DNA from: an uncultured Lentisphaerales bacterium
GTDB lineage: Bacteria > Verrucomicrobiota > Lentisphaeria > JABSQK01 > UBA12247
Length of the DNA stretch: 64,000 nucleotides
Assembly (NCBI GenBank): GCA_943788985.1
Contig: CALSSJ010000022.1
Span: 1 to 64,000 of the forward strand
Direction: 5' to 3'
How positions within the stretch are numbered: position 1 is the stretch's first letter; each line of letters opens with the position of its first letter. The notes beneath the pieces were generated by a model. That model saw only the letters and a program-made list of their open reading frames with translations, was not told the origin of the DNA and searched no databases. The position numbers and the translations under genes were made by a program. This document shows positions 30,404 to 41,660 of this stretch, one piece after another.

Positions 30404-31130
30404 ATGTTCGCACGCATCAGCTTTACGCTCTCCCTTCTCACCTGCCTTGCTGTTAGCTGCAAGAAAACGGTTGAATGGGAGGCCAAAAACTGGGGCCGCA
30501 CAGTCGCTGAGGCGCAGCGAACTTTGGCACTTCACCCAGGATTTTCCGCGGTCTTGAACGCGGAGATCGAAACCGCGCTGGCGGCCTACGGTGCGAACGC
30601 GTCCATCGCCGAGGAGGAGTCGCGCGCGGAGGCGAGGGCGAGCGCGCGGCAGACCTTGCAGGGGGGCATTTTCAAGCTGTTGACGCAGGTCACGCAGCAT
30701 CGGGACAAGCTTACGCAGGACGCGATGCGCGTGCTAGGGAGCACTAGGTCACTGGGCGATGCGCTCGGCAAGGGCGCGTTGGTGGCGCAGGCGAATCAAG
30801 CGGTCGCTGACGCGGAGAAGGTCCTAAAAACAGGCGCGCCAGATTCGGTCGCGGCACACGCAGTGTTGGCAAAGGCCAGCTGGGATCTTGGCCTGGTCCA
30901 ATCAGTGATCACGGAGGCGCTGGCAGAAATTCAAGCGAAAAGGGTGGGCAGCGGCCAAGGCGCGAGCCGCTCAGGATACCCCGGCAGTAGAGCCGCTGCC
31001 GCCGACCAAGACAGCACCAGCCGTGAAGAAGCCAGCGGCAAAGAAACCATCACCGCTAATCAAGTGCACCTATTGTGGTCGGAAGAATCCGGCCAATGTG
31101 ACCAAGTGCCCCGGTTGCGGCGCCAACTAA
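30404..31130 (+). CDS. Lipoprotein with helical domain, Pro/Lys linker and C-terminal zinc ribbon; +1 frameshift near 30945
   Basis: Lipobox LAVSC; after the shift the frame reads AAAKARAAQDTPAVEPLPP...IKCTYCGRKNPANVTKCPGCGAN*. Confidence 0.65.
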
Positions 31131-31157
31131 CAATCAGCTAAGCAGAGGAAAACGACC

Positions 31158-32298
31158 ATGGGACTCTTTGACGCCTTCAAGAATGAACTGATCGACATTA
31201 TCGAGTGGCTGGACAACTCAAACGATACGCTTGTCTATCGGTTCCAACGGCACGACAACGAAATCAAGAACGGTGCCCAGCTGATCGTACGAGAAGGCCA
31301 GGTCGCGGTGTTTATCCGCGAATGGCCAACTGGCCGATGTGTTTAAGCCTGGCACGCATGCCTTGACCACCACAGAACCTGCCGGTTCTGAGCACGCTCG
31401 CGGGCTGGGAAATATTGGGTTTGACAGCCCGTTTAAGGCCGAGGTGTACTTCGTCAGCACCCGCCAATTCACCGACCAAGGCTGGGGGCCACGCGCAACC
31501 CAGTGATGATGCGTGATGCCGAATTCGGCGCGGTCCGCATTCGGGCCTTTGGCACGTATGCCTTTCGTGTCTCAGAGGCGAGTGAGTTCATGCGTGAGAT
31601 CGTGGGCACAGACGGGCAGTTCACCACCGACGAGATTACCGACCAGTTACGCAGTATTCTGGTTTCACAGGCGACCGATGCGATCGCTGAAAGCAAAATT
31701 GCCATCCTCGACCTTGCGGCCAATTACAACGAGCTGGGCGAGGCGATTGCCGAGAAGGGTCACTGCGGAGTTCGCAGGATTCGGCCTGGCGGTCTCCAAG
31801 CTAGTGGTCGAGAACGTGTCGCTTCCGGAGGAAGTCGAGCAGGCGCTGGACAAGCGCAGCAGCATGAATGTCTTGGGCAACATGCAGCAGTATCAGCAGT
31901 TTCAGGCGGCAAATGCAATGGAGGCCGCAGCGGAGAATCCGGGTGGTGCCGGTGGCATGATGGGCGCGGGGCTCGGTGCCGGAATGGGGATCGGCATGGG
32001 GCAGGCAATGGCTGGCACCATGGGACAAGCCGCCGCTCCTCCCCCCCAAGCAGCGCCACCACCGCTGCCGCAGACCGCGTCTGGTTTGCCGCGATCAACG
32101 GTGCGCAGGTCGGCCCTCTCGACGCCGCTGGCATCCAGCAGCAGCTCGCTGCCGGCCAGATTAGCCCAGCGACATTGCTGTGGAAGAACGGGATGGCTGC
32201 CTGGACACCTGGCCAGCAGATCCCCGAGCTGGCCGCACTGTTCGCGGCACCACCTCCGATCCCGGGAGCACCGCCTCCGATTCCCACCAAGCGCTTAG
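31158..32298 (+). CDS. SPFH (YdjI-like) domain protein with C-terminal GYF_2/DUF4339 domain; multiple +1 frameshifts
   Basis: ELIDIIEW...EIKNGAQLIVREGQVAVF; NLPVLSTL, FDSPFKAEVYFV; RDAEFGAVRIRAFG; ENVSLPEEVEQALDKR; WFAAINGAQVGP...LLWKNGMAAWTP. Confidence 0.85.
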
Positions 32299-32406
32299 CT
32301 TACGGCCTAGCGACTGCCGGACTTAGGCTGAATCTGTTGCGGGATATCGACCGCGCTGATACATTCAGGTCCTGTGATCACAGCGTGAGAATCATCTGGG
32401 CTGCCC

Positions 32407-33387
32407 ATGGCGATTAAGACATCTTGCCCGCATTGCGAGCAGCCGCTTTCCGCGGTCGACGAGGACGTCGGCAAGGAGCGCATCTGCCCAGTATGCGAGA
32501 ATGAGTGGGTAGTGCCGAGTAAGAAGATCGAGCCATATGCGGTCTTCGGTGACTACTCCACGACCCGCCCCGCTCGGCGTCGGCGGCGGGAACTGTGAGG
32601 TCCATCTGGCGCTGCATAAAGGCACGGGCCAGCAGGTCGCGCTCAAGATCTTCTTCGTGGACGATGTCGACCAGAAGGACTGCATGCGGTTCGAGAAGGA
32701 AATCCGCCATATCACCACGATTGAGCATCCGGGAATCATCCGCGCGTTCGACGGCGGCTTTGAGAAGCGGCTTGTGATCGAGCGAGACGGGCGCGAGCGC
32801 GAGGAGGCCTACTACTTTCTGGCCATGGAATACGTGCAGGGCGAAACGCTGGACCGACATTCTGGATAGTAACGGGCCGATGGATGAGTACGAGGCTGTC
32901 CGCATTGCGACCCGGCTCGCGGTGGTCATGGAGTTTCTCTGGGAAAACTACCAGATCATGCACCGTGACCTGAAGGCCTGGGAATGTCATGCACAGCTAT
33001 AGCGGCGAGGTCAAACTCATGGACTTTGGCATCGCGAAGTCGGCATATGACGCCCAGCTCACCGGTGCTCGGACCATCGTCGGGACGCCGTACTATATGA
33101 GTCCGGAGCAATGCACCCCCTCGCGTACGATTGACCTGCGCTCGGACATCTACGGCCTGGGCGCCACCCTCTACCACATGGTTACGGGCGAGTTTCCTTT
33201 TGACGGTGACGATCCGATGGAGATTGTCCGGCGGCAGATTTTTGACCCGATGCCATCCCCCAAGATCTACAATCCGGATCTCTCCGACCACTTGGTCGCG
33301 GTGATCGACAAGATGATGCAGAAGTCACCTGCCAAACGCCACCAGTGCTGGTCAGAAGTAGTCGTCGAACTCAGAGCGATGCTCTGA
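32407..33387 (+). CDS. Ser/Thr protein kinase with N-terminal zinc ribbon; multiple +1 frameshifts
   Basis: CPHC...CPVC; LGVGG, VALKI, HPGII, MEYVQGETL, HRDLK(P)GN, DFGIAK, GTPYYMSPEQ, DIYGLG, spread across frames. Confidence 0.85.
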
Positions 33388-33428
33388 TGACCTCGTCGAC
33401 GAGACACAAGTAATCTTGGCTTCGTAGC

Positions 33429-34172
33429 ATGATGAGACTTATTAGCCGCTTCACGTTGATCGAATTACTTGTCGTCATTGTGATTATCGCGATTTTGGTT
33501 GCGATGTTGCTTCCGGCCTTGGCCCGCGCCAAAGGATCGGCGCGGCGTACGCTATGCGTGGCAAACCTGTCCGAAATAGGTCTGGCACTCACACAATACG
33601 GGGATGGCCAGAATGGCTGGCTACCGCCTGGCCATGCGACTCTGCATCGGGGTGCCGGTGTGGAGGCCGCCTATTTGCGATCGTCAGGCCTCTATTTAGG
33701 GCACGGCGCACTGGTCGATCAAGGCTATCTTTCAGTGCCTGCCGCCAAGATATTCTACTGTCCAAATTCCCAGCATCCGTACACGCAGTACGATGTAGTG
33801 TCCGACGGGGGTGAGTATGATATCCGAGCACCGAGGGTGCAAGGCGGGTGGCCTGCTGAAGGCAATACGGGCCCCACTGGCTGGTGGAATACCTCGTACC
33901 AGTATCGCAGCTCGTTCGGCCCAGCCGAAGACCTACCGCTCGCCCTCAACGAATCTGTCGCCCCGATCATGGCAGACATGTGGGCTCAGAAGAGCAGCGA
34001 TACCATCGGCATTGGTTCGGGCTTCTGGATGCACAGAGTGGGCTACAACTCGCTGTGGTCAGACGGGAGTGTCGTCTGGGAGCCTGATTCCAACTTGACG
34101 ATCATGTCGGCTGCTTATTCCCACACGAGGCATTCGCAGCTGGAGCAAGTCTGGGAAGACTATTTCGAGTAG
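33429..34172 (+). CDS. Prepilin-type N-terminal cleavage/methylation protein (DUF1559-like, H-X9-DG motif)
   Basis: [53 protein letters not shown]. Confidence 0.88.
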   Translation: MMRLISRFTLIELLVVIVIIAILVAMLLPALARAKGSARRTLCVANLSEIGLALTQYGDGQNGWLPPGHATLHRGAGVEAAYLRSSGLYLGHGALVDQGYLSVPAAKIFYCPNSQHPYTQYDVVSDGGEYDIRAPRVQGGWPAEGNTGPTGWWNTSYQYRSSFGPAEDLPLALNESVAPIMADMWAQKSSDTIGIGSGFWMHRVGYNSLWSDGSVVWEPDSNLTIMSAAYSHTRHSQLEQVWEDYFE

Positions 34173-34200
34173 TCCCTGTTCCGCGACAAGCGCCGGCGAT

Positions 34201-34947
34201 TCAAACTGGCGGATCGTTTCCATCGGGTGCGTCCGGCCGCCGATACCAAAGCTCGCAATCACCCCGCGACCTCATGGCGGATGGCTTCAAGCCAAGGCGA
34301 AGCGCCTGTCGCAGAAGCTGCCAAGTGCCGAACCACTCGAACTTTCGCCCCGATGAGACAATCGGGATGTCCAAGATACGAACGCGCTGCTGGTGTGTCC
34401 TGCCCCAGTCATTCAAGGCGATCGAAAAGTGGATTTCTTCTGAGACGTAGACCGACTGCTCAAAACCCCCGATGTCGGTAAAGGCCTCGCGCCGACAGAA
34501 GACGAAGGAGCCAGCGGCCCAACGGCGCAGCTTGGAGATAAGCCCCCACAGTCGCAGGCCGATCGCCGGAGCAAGGCCGGCACAGTCGAGACGCAGGATG
34601 GTCCCGCCGCCACAGCATTGGTCGCCCTGTAGTGCCTCCAAGGCGGCACGGAGCAGCGGGCCGTTGAGTAGCGTATCCGCGTCGAGAAAGATGAAGTAAC
34701 GACCGCGTGCGATCTGCGCACCAGCATTTCTGGCGCGGGCGATCTGCTGGTGCTCCTCGTAGACCACGCGCGCACCGGCGGCTGTGGCGATGTCCGCAGT
34801 ACGGTCGCTGCTGTTATTATCGGTGACGATGGTCTCACCGACGAGCTCAGGAATCGCGAGCATAGACTCACGCACACTGGCGAGCGTGGCCGGAAGCAGT
34901 ACTTCCTCGTTATAGGCGGGAATGATGACTGAATAGTCGATGCTCAC
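34201..34947 (-). CDS. GT2 glycosyltransferase
   Basis: [35 protein letters not shown]...SEE, SSGRKF. Confidence 0.88.
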   Translation of the reverse strand: MSIDYSVIIPAYNEEVLLPATLASVRESMLAIPELVGETIVTDNNSSDRTADIATAAGARVVYEEHQQIARARNAGAQIARGRYFIFLDADTLLNGPLLRAALEALQGDQCCGGGTILRLDCAGLAPAIGLRLWGLISKLRRWAAGSFVFCRREAFTDIGGFEQSVYVSEEIHFSIALNDWGRTHQQRVRILDIPIVSSGRKFEWFGTWQLLRQALRLGLKPSAMRSRGDCELWYRRPDAPDGNDPPV

Positions 34948-35987
34948 GGGGCATCGAAGAGATCCATCTGGCTATCACGAACCGCTGGTGGGACTTCGAT
35001 TCCAAGCCGGCGGGCGGCCTTTGGCGTTGCCACGCGCCCCTGCGGGGTGCGGATAAGAAAGCCTTCCTGAATAAGAAATGGCTCAAAGACTTCCTCGATC
35101 GTCCCCTTCTCCTCGCCGATCGAAACGGCGAGGTTAGTGAGGCCAACGGGGCGCCCCCCGAAGGTAACGAGAAGAGTCTCGAGGATACGATTGTCCATCT
35201 CATCCAGACCGTCCTGATCAATGTCCAGTAGCGAGAGGGCTTCACTGGCCACTTCGGGCGTGATGATGCCGTCTGCCTTGACCTGCGCATAATCACGGAC
35301 GCGACGCAGAAGATTGTTGGCAATACGTGGCGTTCCACGGCTGCGACGGGCGATCTCCAGCGCACCGTCAGGCTCGGTCTCGATCTTGAGAATCTCCGCT
35401 GAACGCGCGATGATCGTGGCCAGGGTTTCTGCCGAGTAGTAGTCGAGGCGCACGAGAAGCCCGAATCGCGAGCGCAGAGGCGCAGACAGCAGGCCCTGAC
35501 GGGTGGTGGCTCCGATCAGCGTGAACCGCGGAATGTTCAGGGTTATCGATCGCGATCCGGCGCCTTGATCGAGGATAATGTCGATGTAGAAATCCTCCAT
35601 GGCCGAATAGAGGTATTCTTCGACCGTGGTACTGAGCCGGTGGATCTCGTCGATAAACAGGATGTCCCCTTCTTCAAGGGCGTAAAACAGCCCAGCGAGG
35701 TCGCCCGGCTTCTCGATGACCGGTCCGCTCGTGGTTTTGATATTCTTGCCGCGGGAATTGGCAAGAATGTGCGCGAGGGTGGTTTTTCCCAGCCCTGGCG
35801 GGCCAGCAAGCAGGACGTGATCCAGCGCTTCGTCGCGCATAGTTGCGGCCTGCACAAAGACTTCGAGCTGCGCCTTCTTGCGTTCTTGCCCGGGAAAATC
35901 CGCAAACGACTGGGGGCGCAGCGTGCACTCAAACTTCTCGTCTTTGTCGTTTAGCGTCGAGGAGATAAACCGTTCTTCTTCTGACAT
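34944..35987 (-). CDS. ruvB: Holliday junction branch migration helicase RuvB
   Basis: [44 protein letters not shown]...RTPQGR. Confidence 0.97.
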   Translation of the reverse strand: MSEEERFISSTLNDKDEKFECTLRPQSFADFPGQERKKAQLEVFVQAATMRDEALDHVLLAGPPGLGKTTLAHILANSRGKNIKTTSGPVIEKPGDLAGLFYALEEGDILFIDEIHRLSTTVEEYLYSAMEDFYIDIILDQGAGSRSITLNIPRFTLIGATTRQGLLSAPLRSRFGLLVRLDYYSAETLATIIARSAEILKIETEPDGALEIARRSRGTPRIANNLLRRVRDYAQVKADGIITPEVASEALSLLDIDQDGLDEMDNRILETLLVTFGGRPVGLTNLAVSIGEEKGTIEEVFEPFLIQEGFLIRTPQGRVATPKAARRLGIEVPPAVRDSQMDLFDAP

Positions 35988-35990
35988 CTT

Positions 35991-36584
35991 CTACCGATTG
36001 AGCTGCTTGAGTGCGTCTTTAATCAATTGCTGCGTATCTCGCTCGGTCTCGTCCTGCGCGAGTTCACTAACGACTTTGCGAGCGATTTCAGCCTTGAAGC
36101 CCAGGGTCTGCAGGGCATTCGCTGCGTCTTCGGCAATGGCAGAGAAAGTGCTGCCCGCAGATTCCATGGTGGGGCGAATCGCCTGCACGCGGTTGCGTAG
36201 TTCTACGATGATCCGCTCGGCGGAGCGCTTCCCGATCCCGCTGATGCGACCGAGCGTGCGCATGTCCCCGTCTACCACTGCCTGGCAGAACGTTCCCACA
36301 CTCATCGTGCTTAGCACGTTTAGCGCCAACTTCGGACCAACACCGCTAACAACCTGGATCAGCAAGCTAAACAGGCCGCGCTCTTCGCTGCTCATGAAAC
36401 CAAAGAGTTGCATGCCATCGTCTCGCACATTCAGGTACGTGTGGAGTTGAACTGGAGAACCAGCCGTAGGCAGGCGATCGTACGTACTCATTGGGATGTC
36501 GATCCCGAACCCGATACCGTTCACATCGATCACAACATGAGTGGGCTCCTTGAGCGCTAGCTTCCCGTGCAGGTAGTCAATCAT
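35991..36584 (-). CDS. ruvA: Holliday junction branch migration protein RuvA
   Basis: MIDYLHGKL, DVNGIGF, LFGF, VSGVGPKLAL, GIGKRSAERII, ALQTLGF. Confidence 0.95.
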   Translation of the reverse strand: MIDYLHGKLALKEPTHVVIDVNGIGFGIDIPMSTYDRLPTAGSPVQLHTYLNVRDDGMQLFGFMSSEERGLFSLLIQVVSGVGPKLALNVLSTMSVGTFCQAVVDGDMRTLGRISGIGKRSAERIIVELRNRVQAIRPTMESAGSTFSAIAEDAANALQTLGFKAEIARKVVSELAQDETERDTQQLIKDALKQLNR

Positions 36585-36717
36585 GCTGTTGGACCTAAAT
36601 GGTGATTGAAGAATACGCTTGAGGCCGTAAAATACGAGGTGAAACTTGGGATGCAAGGCTATGGCGTGTACCCATTTCTGATGGATACACGGTAGACAAT
36701 TAAGCGAAGGAGGCGTC

Positions 36718-38007
36718 ATGAGTGACGTAGCAACGATTTCACTGGAAGGGAAAACCTACGAGTTTCCGATTATCGAGGGTACTGAAGGCGAGAAAGCCAT
36801 CGATATCCGGACTCTGCGCAGCACGACCGGCTACATCACGATGGATCCTGGATTTGGCAGCAGCGGCTGCTGCGAAAGCCAGATCACGTTCATTGACGGC
36901 GAAAAGGGCATTCTCCGTTTCCGCGGGATTCCGATCGAGGAGCTAGCGGAAAACTCTTCTTTTATCGAGACCAGCTACCTGCTGCTTCACGGCGAGCTTC
37001 CCACCCAGGCGCAGCTTTCCCACTTCGAGGACCTGATCAGTCAGCACTCCATGGTCCACGAAGACATGGCAGACTTTCTCAGGCACTTTCCGCTGAACGC
37101 CCATCCGATGTGTGTGCTAGGTTCTTCCATCAATGCTCTCGCCAGCTTTCACCCTGGCGTAAACGCGCGCTCACTGAACGAAGACGTAGACCAGACCGCC
37201 GCTCAGTTGATCGCCAAGGTCTGCACACTCGCTGCTTACAGCTACAAGAAGTCGGTCGGCGAGCCATTCGTCCAGCCGCAGCGCGGCCAGAGCTACTGCG
37301 AGAATTTCCTGAACATGATGTTCACAAACAGTGTCAATGGCTACGAAGCAGACGCCGAGGCAGTGAAGGCCATGAACATGCTGTTGCTGATGCACGCCGA
37401 CCATGAGCAGAACTGCTCAGCGACAGCAGTGCGCGTGGTCGGCAGCTCCCATGCCGACCTGTACGCGTCCATCTCCGCCGGTGTCTCCGCTTTGTGGGGG
37501 CCGTTGCATGGCGGGGCCAACCAAGCTGTGATGGAAATGCTGGCCGAGATTCATGAGTCCGGCAAAGACCTGCAGCACTTTATCGACAAGGCCAAGGACA
37601 AGTCCAACGACTTTCGCCTGTCCGGCTTTGGCCATCGCGTCTACAAGAACTACGATCCGCGTGCTCGTGTCATCAAGAAGGCATGCTTGAGCATTCTTCA
37701 GAGCGGCGCAGCGAATGATCCGCTGCTGGACATTGCCATGCGGCTTGAGCAGCGGGTTTTGGAGGACGACTACTTCATCCAGCGCAAGCTGTATCCAAAT
37801 GTCGACTTCTACAGCGGCCTTCTGTATCAAGCAATGGGCTTTCCCGTCGATATGTTCACGGTGTTGTTCGCCATTGGCCGTCTCCCGGGCTGGATTGCCC
37901 AGTGGAAGGAACTCATTAACGATCCGGATGGGAAGATCGTACGGCCCCGCCAGATCTATCAAGGCAACAATGCGTCCGCCTACGTGCCGATGGACCAGCG
38001 CGGCTAA
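36718..38007 (+). CDS. gltA: Citrate synthase (type II)
   Basis: DPGFGSS, HADHEQNCS, WGPLHGGAN, GFGHRVYKNYDPRA, YPNVDFYSG, RPRQIY. Confidence 0.97.
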   Translation: MSDVATISLEGKTYEFPIIEGTEGEKAIDIRTLRSTTGYITMDPGFGSSGCCESQITFIDGEKGILRFRGIPIEELAENSSFIETSYLLLHGELPTQAQLSHFEDLISQHSMVHEDMADFLRHFPLNAHPMCVLGSSINALASFHPGVNARSLNEDVDQTAAQLIAKVCTLAAYSYKKSVGEPFVQPQRGQSYCENFLNMMFTNSVNGYEADAEAVKAMNMLLLMHADHEQNCSATAVRVVGSSHADLYASISAGVSALWGPLHGGANQAVMEMLAEIHESGKDLQHFIDKAKDKSNDFRLSGFGHRVYKNYDPRARVIKKACLSILQSGAANDPLLDIAMRLEQRVLEDDYFIQRKLYPNVDFYSGLLYQAMGFPVDMFTVLFAIGRLPGWIAQWKELINDPDGKIVRPRQIYQGNNASAYVPMDQRG

Positions 38008-38015
38008 TCTGCGTA

Positions 38016-38048
38016 AGTAGTCTGTCGGGCGTAGCCTGACAGACTGCT
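38016..38048. terminator. Hairpin directly after gltA (terminator or REP-like)
   Basis: 14-bp stem AGTAGTCTGTCGGG / CCTGACAGACTGCT with two G-U pairs. Confidence 0.55.
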
Positions 38049-38451
38049 ACGCCTGAATGACTCAGCCCTAGTCCCCCGCTAGTCCCAAAACTCCTCCCAA
38101 AACTGCATCGGTAGATCGCGTTGCCTAACCCCCGATGCTCTGCGATTTTGCCTAGGCGCTTAAGCTCACGGACGGTGTCGGCATCGCCTACCACCCTCCC
38201 TTGCGCTGAAGTTGTCCCCAGAGGATTGCGCCGGTGTTCTCCAGCCCGTCTCTCAAAGGGCCGCTAAAATGTAACGTTATTTCCGAGCGGGCTCTATGGC
38301 TGGTTCGCGGGCTCTTCATTTTCGTGGCTACCCCACACACTGCACCTGCATAATGCAATTTTCGATATCTGATATCGGACATCGAATGAATCACCTATTC
38401 TCCCTCATGCGATGTTGAACGTTCGGGTTCATTCTTTCCCATTTCTCCTCA

Positions 38452-39849
38452 TCACGCGAAATAGTTCGCAGCATTGGCGTAACAGATATTCTTGACCATG
38501 CCGCCCACCACTTTGGGATTGTTAGGCAGCGTGCCGTTCTCCATCTCGGCCCCAAGGAGCTGACACAGCAACCGCCGAAAGTACTCGTGGCGTGGATAAC
38601 TCATCATGCTGCGAGAATCGGTAAGCATGCCGACAAAGTTGGAAAGCAGACCGAGATTAGACAAAGCATTGAGCTGCCAGGTCATCCCCTCCGCCTGGTC
38701 GAGAAACCACCACCCGCTGCCGAGTTGCACCTTGCCCTTGATCCCGCCCTCAAAGAAATTTCCGCACATGGTCGCGAAGGCGTAGTTGTTCACCGGGTTT
38801 AGGTTATAGAGGATGGTCTTAGGCAGAGCGCCGCGCAAGGAAAGCTCACCCAGCAGCAGTGCCAGCGATGGGATCTGCTGGGCATCGTTTATGGAGTCAC
38901 AGCCAATGTCGGCACCGAGCCTGCGGTGAAAGTCCCCGTTGACGTTGCGGACCGCCCCGAGGTGCAATTGCATCACCCAGCCTTTTTCCGCGTAGCGCTC
39001 ACCGAGGAAGGTGAGAACATGACCGGCAAACCCTTCGATCTCGTCCGGGGTCAGCGCCTTGCCGCCGCGGGCTTTCTGAAACGTGTTACCGGCTTCTGAT
39101 TCCGTGGCAATCCGCAGCGGACAGCGGGCCGGGCCATGGTCGGATGAGCGGCATCCCAGGCTGTCGAAAAAATCAACCCGCGAAACCAGCGCGGACTTGA
39201 ATCCAGCCAGCCGGTCCAGCTCATTCCCGGTGACGGCGGCGAGCTTGTCTGTCCAGGCATTCCAGTCCTCCAGACTCGTCAGGCTGAAGGCCTTGTCCGG
39301 GCGGAAGCTGGGAGCGACTTTGGCTGGGCAGGCAGACGCCTTTAGCGTGAGATGATGCTCCAGGCTGTCAATGGGATCATCCGTGGTGCCGATAAACCTG
39401 ACCTTCATTTTCTTCAGGATCCCCCAGCTACTCAGGTCATCCGTCGCAAGCATACCGTTCGCCTGTTCCCAGATGGCGGGTGCGGTGGTTTCGTCAAGGA
39501 GCTCGTGAATGCCGAAATAGCGTGCCAGTTCAAGGTGACTCCAGTGGTAAATTGGATTACGCAGGGTGGCGGGCACCGTGGCCGCAAAGGCCATGAATCT
39601 TTCCCGCGGATCCGCGTCGCCAGTGCAATAGCGTTCAGCCACACCGTCGAGACGCATGGCACGCCATTTGTAGTGATCGCCCTCGAGCCAGATCTCAAAC
39701 AGATTTTTAAACTGCCGGTTCTCTGCCAGATCCTTGGGGGAAAGATGACAGTGGTAGTCGAAGATGGGTTCTTCCGAGGCGTACTCGTGATAAAGATCAG
39801 CCGCTGACTGGTTCTGCAGGAGAAAGTTGTCGTGGATGTAGGGTTTCAT
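38452..39849 (-). CDS. uxaC: Glucuronate (uronate) isomerase
   Basis: FDYHCHL, GDHYKWRAMR, NPIYHWSHLEL, TTDDP, MQLHLG, GSGWWF, GMLTDSRS, RHEYFRR. Confidence 0.96.
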   Translation of the reverse strand: MKPYIHDNFLLQNQSAADLYHEYASEEPIFDYHCHLSPKDLAENRQFKNLFEIWLEGDHYKWRAMRLDGVAERYCTGDADPRERFMAFAATVPATLRNPIYHWSHLELARYFGIHELLDETTAPAIWEQANGMLATDDLSSWGILKKMKVRFIGTTDDPIDSLEHHLTLKASACPAKVAPSFRPDKAFSLTSLEDWNAWTDKLAAVTGNELDRLAGFKSALVSRVDFFDSLGCRSSDHGPARCPLRIATESEAGNTFQKARGGKALTPDEIEGFAGHVLTFLGERYAEKGWVMQLHLGAVRNVNGDFHRRLGADIGCDSINDAQQIPSLALLLGELSLRGALPKTILYNLNPVNNYAFATMCGNFFEGGIKGKVQLGSGWWFLDQAEGMTWQLNALSNLGLLSNFVGMLTDSRSMMSYPRHEYFRRLLCQLLGAEMENGTLPNNPKVVGGMVKNICYANAANYFA

Positions 39850-40241
39850 AGTTTGGCCTTACAAGCTGTGGATTTAGTCTGATTGTTGCGAGGGCCAGTG
39901 ATCTCGAGTTGAACTCTAGCGGGTAGTAGCAGTAGATTTAGAGGTTAGCTACGGGCCGTCAACAGTCATATGAATTAGGTCCGATCGTCGCGAGAGCCAG
40001 TGATTTAGAGCTGAAATTTGTGATGCCCTGCGCGACTCCCATCACATGGCAATTGGTGAGGTGCTTGCGAGAATGTACCTTCCCTTGTGGTAGGAGTCGC
40101 CTGACCAGTAATCGGCTTCAGGTCGCGGTAGCCGCCCGCGGGGGCCGCAGGCGTCAACTTGAAGAGCATATTCGCAGTCTAGTCGTGCTGTTGCTGCGTG
40201 GTCGGTGATATCTCACGGCGAGCCGTCTGTCGCCATGCGCC

Positions 40242-41117
40242 TTACCTGATTCTGATAACCGCGCCTGCCCAGACCTGAGAAAAGACGACGTCGTCCCAGC
40301 CTGCGAGTGCGGTGCTGGTGGCTCGGCAGCTCTCCAAGTTCACAGAGAGGGGTTCCCTGCATCGGCGGAGGTGGTCGGCGTTAACCCCGTCGCCGGCCAC
40401 GCGGTACACGGCCGGCAGGTAAGAGTCATTGCAGATGATTGCGGCAGGGCGGTCGTTGCGCTGCCACATGCCATACAGGCGGGTGCAGGTCTCGCCGCCC
40501 CCGGTGCCCAGGCGCAGACGTCCTGCCCGCTAATCGGCAGCGCCTACTCGAGCGCCAGCCGGTAAAACGCCTCCCGCCTGGCGAAAAAACTATGGTGGTA
40601 ACTGTCCGGAAGGGCACCAGTAACACAACCGATGGGGCGATGGCCCGAACCGATAAGGTGGGCAAGCTGGGGCTTGACAATCCAGTCGCTCTCCACCAAC
40701 ACGGTGTTGTGCCTGGGCTGGGCCCTCCGGGTGCAAGGTCACGGTAAGCACAAGCTCCTCGTGCAACTTCGTGAGCGAATCCAGAGAGCGCAGGTTTGTG
40801 GCGATGCACGCCTCGGTGGTCGGGGCTTGGGCAATCTCCTGTACCTGGCGTAGGCCCGCGAGCCCCCCCGTCACCGCATGAAAGCGAACGACAAGGTCCA
40901 GGCGCCCTGGCTCTTCTGCCAAGGCGGCCATCAGTTCCTTGCGGTAGCTCGGACTGGGGGCGCTGGCAGCAGCGCCCGTGTATACAACTGATACGGTCTG
41001 GAGCTCAAAGGGCGCGCCGTTGCACTCGGTCAGGAAAATACCGTGGCACGGCCGCACTACCACCTGCTGCAGCGCCGCAAGTTCGCCTAGTACCGCACCG
41101 GCGGTAGCAGCAATCAC
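40242..41117 (-). pseudogene. Decayed GntR-HTH + LacI-type sugar-binding transcriptional regulator
   Basis: GELAALQQVVVRPCHGIFL (wHTH wing-like), then a frameshift, NTVLVE...LAHLIGSGHRPIGCV...RREAFYRLALE* (in-frame TAG) ...RPAAIICND. Confidence 0.6.
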
Positions 41118-41339
41118 TCGACAGGCGTGGGTCCTAAGCTGCCTGCATTTCTTGCTACTGTTTTGATACTTGAAATCAGCTAGACCTTGCTACCGGCCGT
41201 TCCCTTTAAGGCGCTGACCCTATCACCCTCAGCATGCTGTGGTCGTCTATACGGTGAGCGCGGTCCAGCACTCCTGTCGCCGACCGTTAAGATCATTCTG
41301 GTTTCCCCTTTGGATCGCTCCGGTCACTCGTCGCCAAGT

Positions 41340-41660
41340 CTGCCAAACCAGCTGCGACTGAAAGTCGTTCGGCAGGGCGCGGGTGAGTTCGTAGGTGGAA
41401 ATACCGATGGGCTTGTCGATGCCCGAGAAGCTATATTCGGCGAGAAGGCGGTCGTGATCCTCGCAGAGAATCAGGCCAATGGTCGGCTGGTCGCTGTCGT
41501 ACTTGAGATCGATCACGGCATAGGCGCGCAGGCGCAGGCTGGTGTAACAGCAGGTCGATGTAGAAATCGCTGCCGCTAACCTCGACCCGGTACTGGCGAC
41601 CGACAAAGGCTAAGTCCTGGCCAAGTTCCAGCAGGAAGCGCTGGAGATAAGTGTTCCCTA
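41340..41660 (-). pseudogene. DUF1016/YhcG PD-(D/E)XK nuclease fragment
   Basis: LQRFLLELGQDLAFVGRQYRVEVSGSDFYIDLL, frameshift, LRAYAVIDLK, apparent internal deletion, PTIGLILC...AEYSF...KPIGISTYEL. Confidence 0.8.

Noticed and set aside
30940..33000. Programmed frameshifting or phase variation
   Set aside because: Too many shifts, in short varied runs, with no slippery heptamers or long homopolymers; error is the simpler explanation
38343..38370. dif-like site (CACCTGCATAA-TGCAAT-TTTCGATATCT)
   Set aside because: Only 6/11 match to the XerD arm TTATGTTAAAT, which is normally the conserved arm; no obvious strand-bias switch seen by eye
38363..38377. Palindrome CGATATC-T-GATATCG as an operator
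   Set aside because: Lies between convergent gene ends and is explained by a short 7-bp tandem repeat
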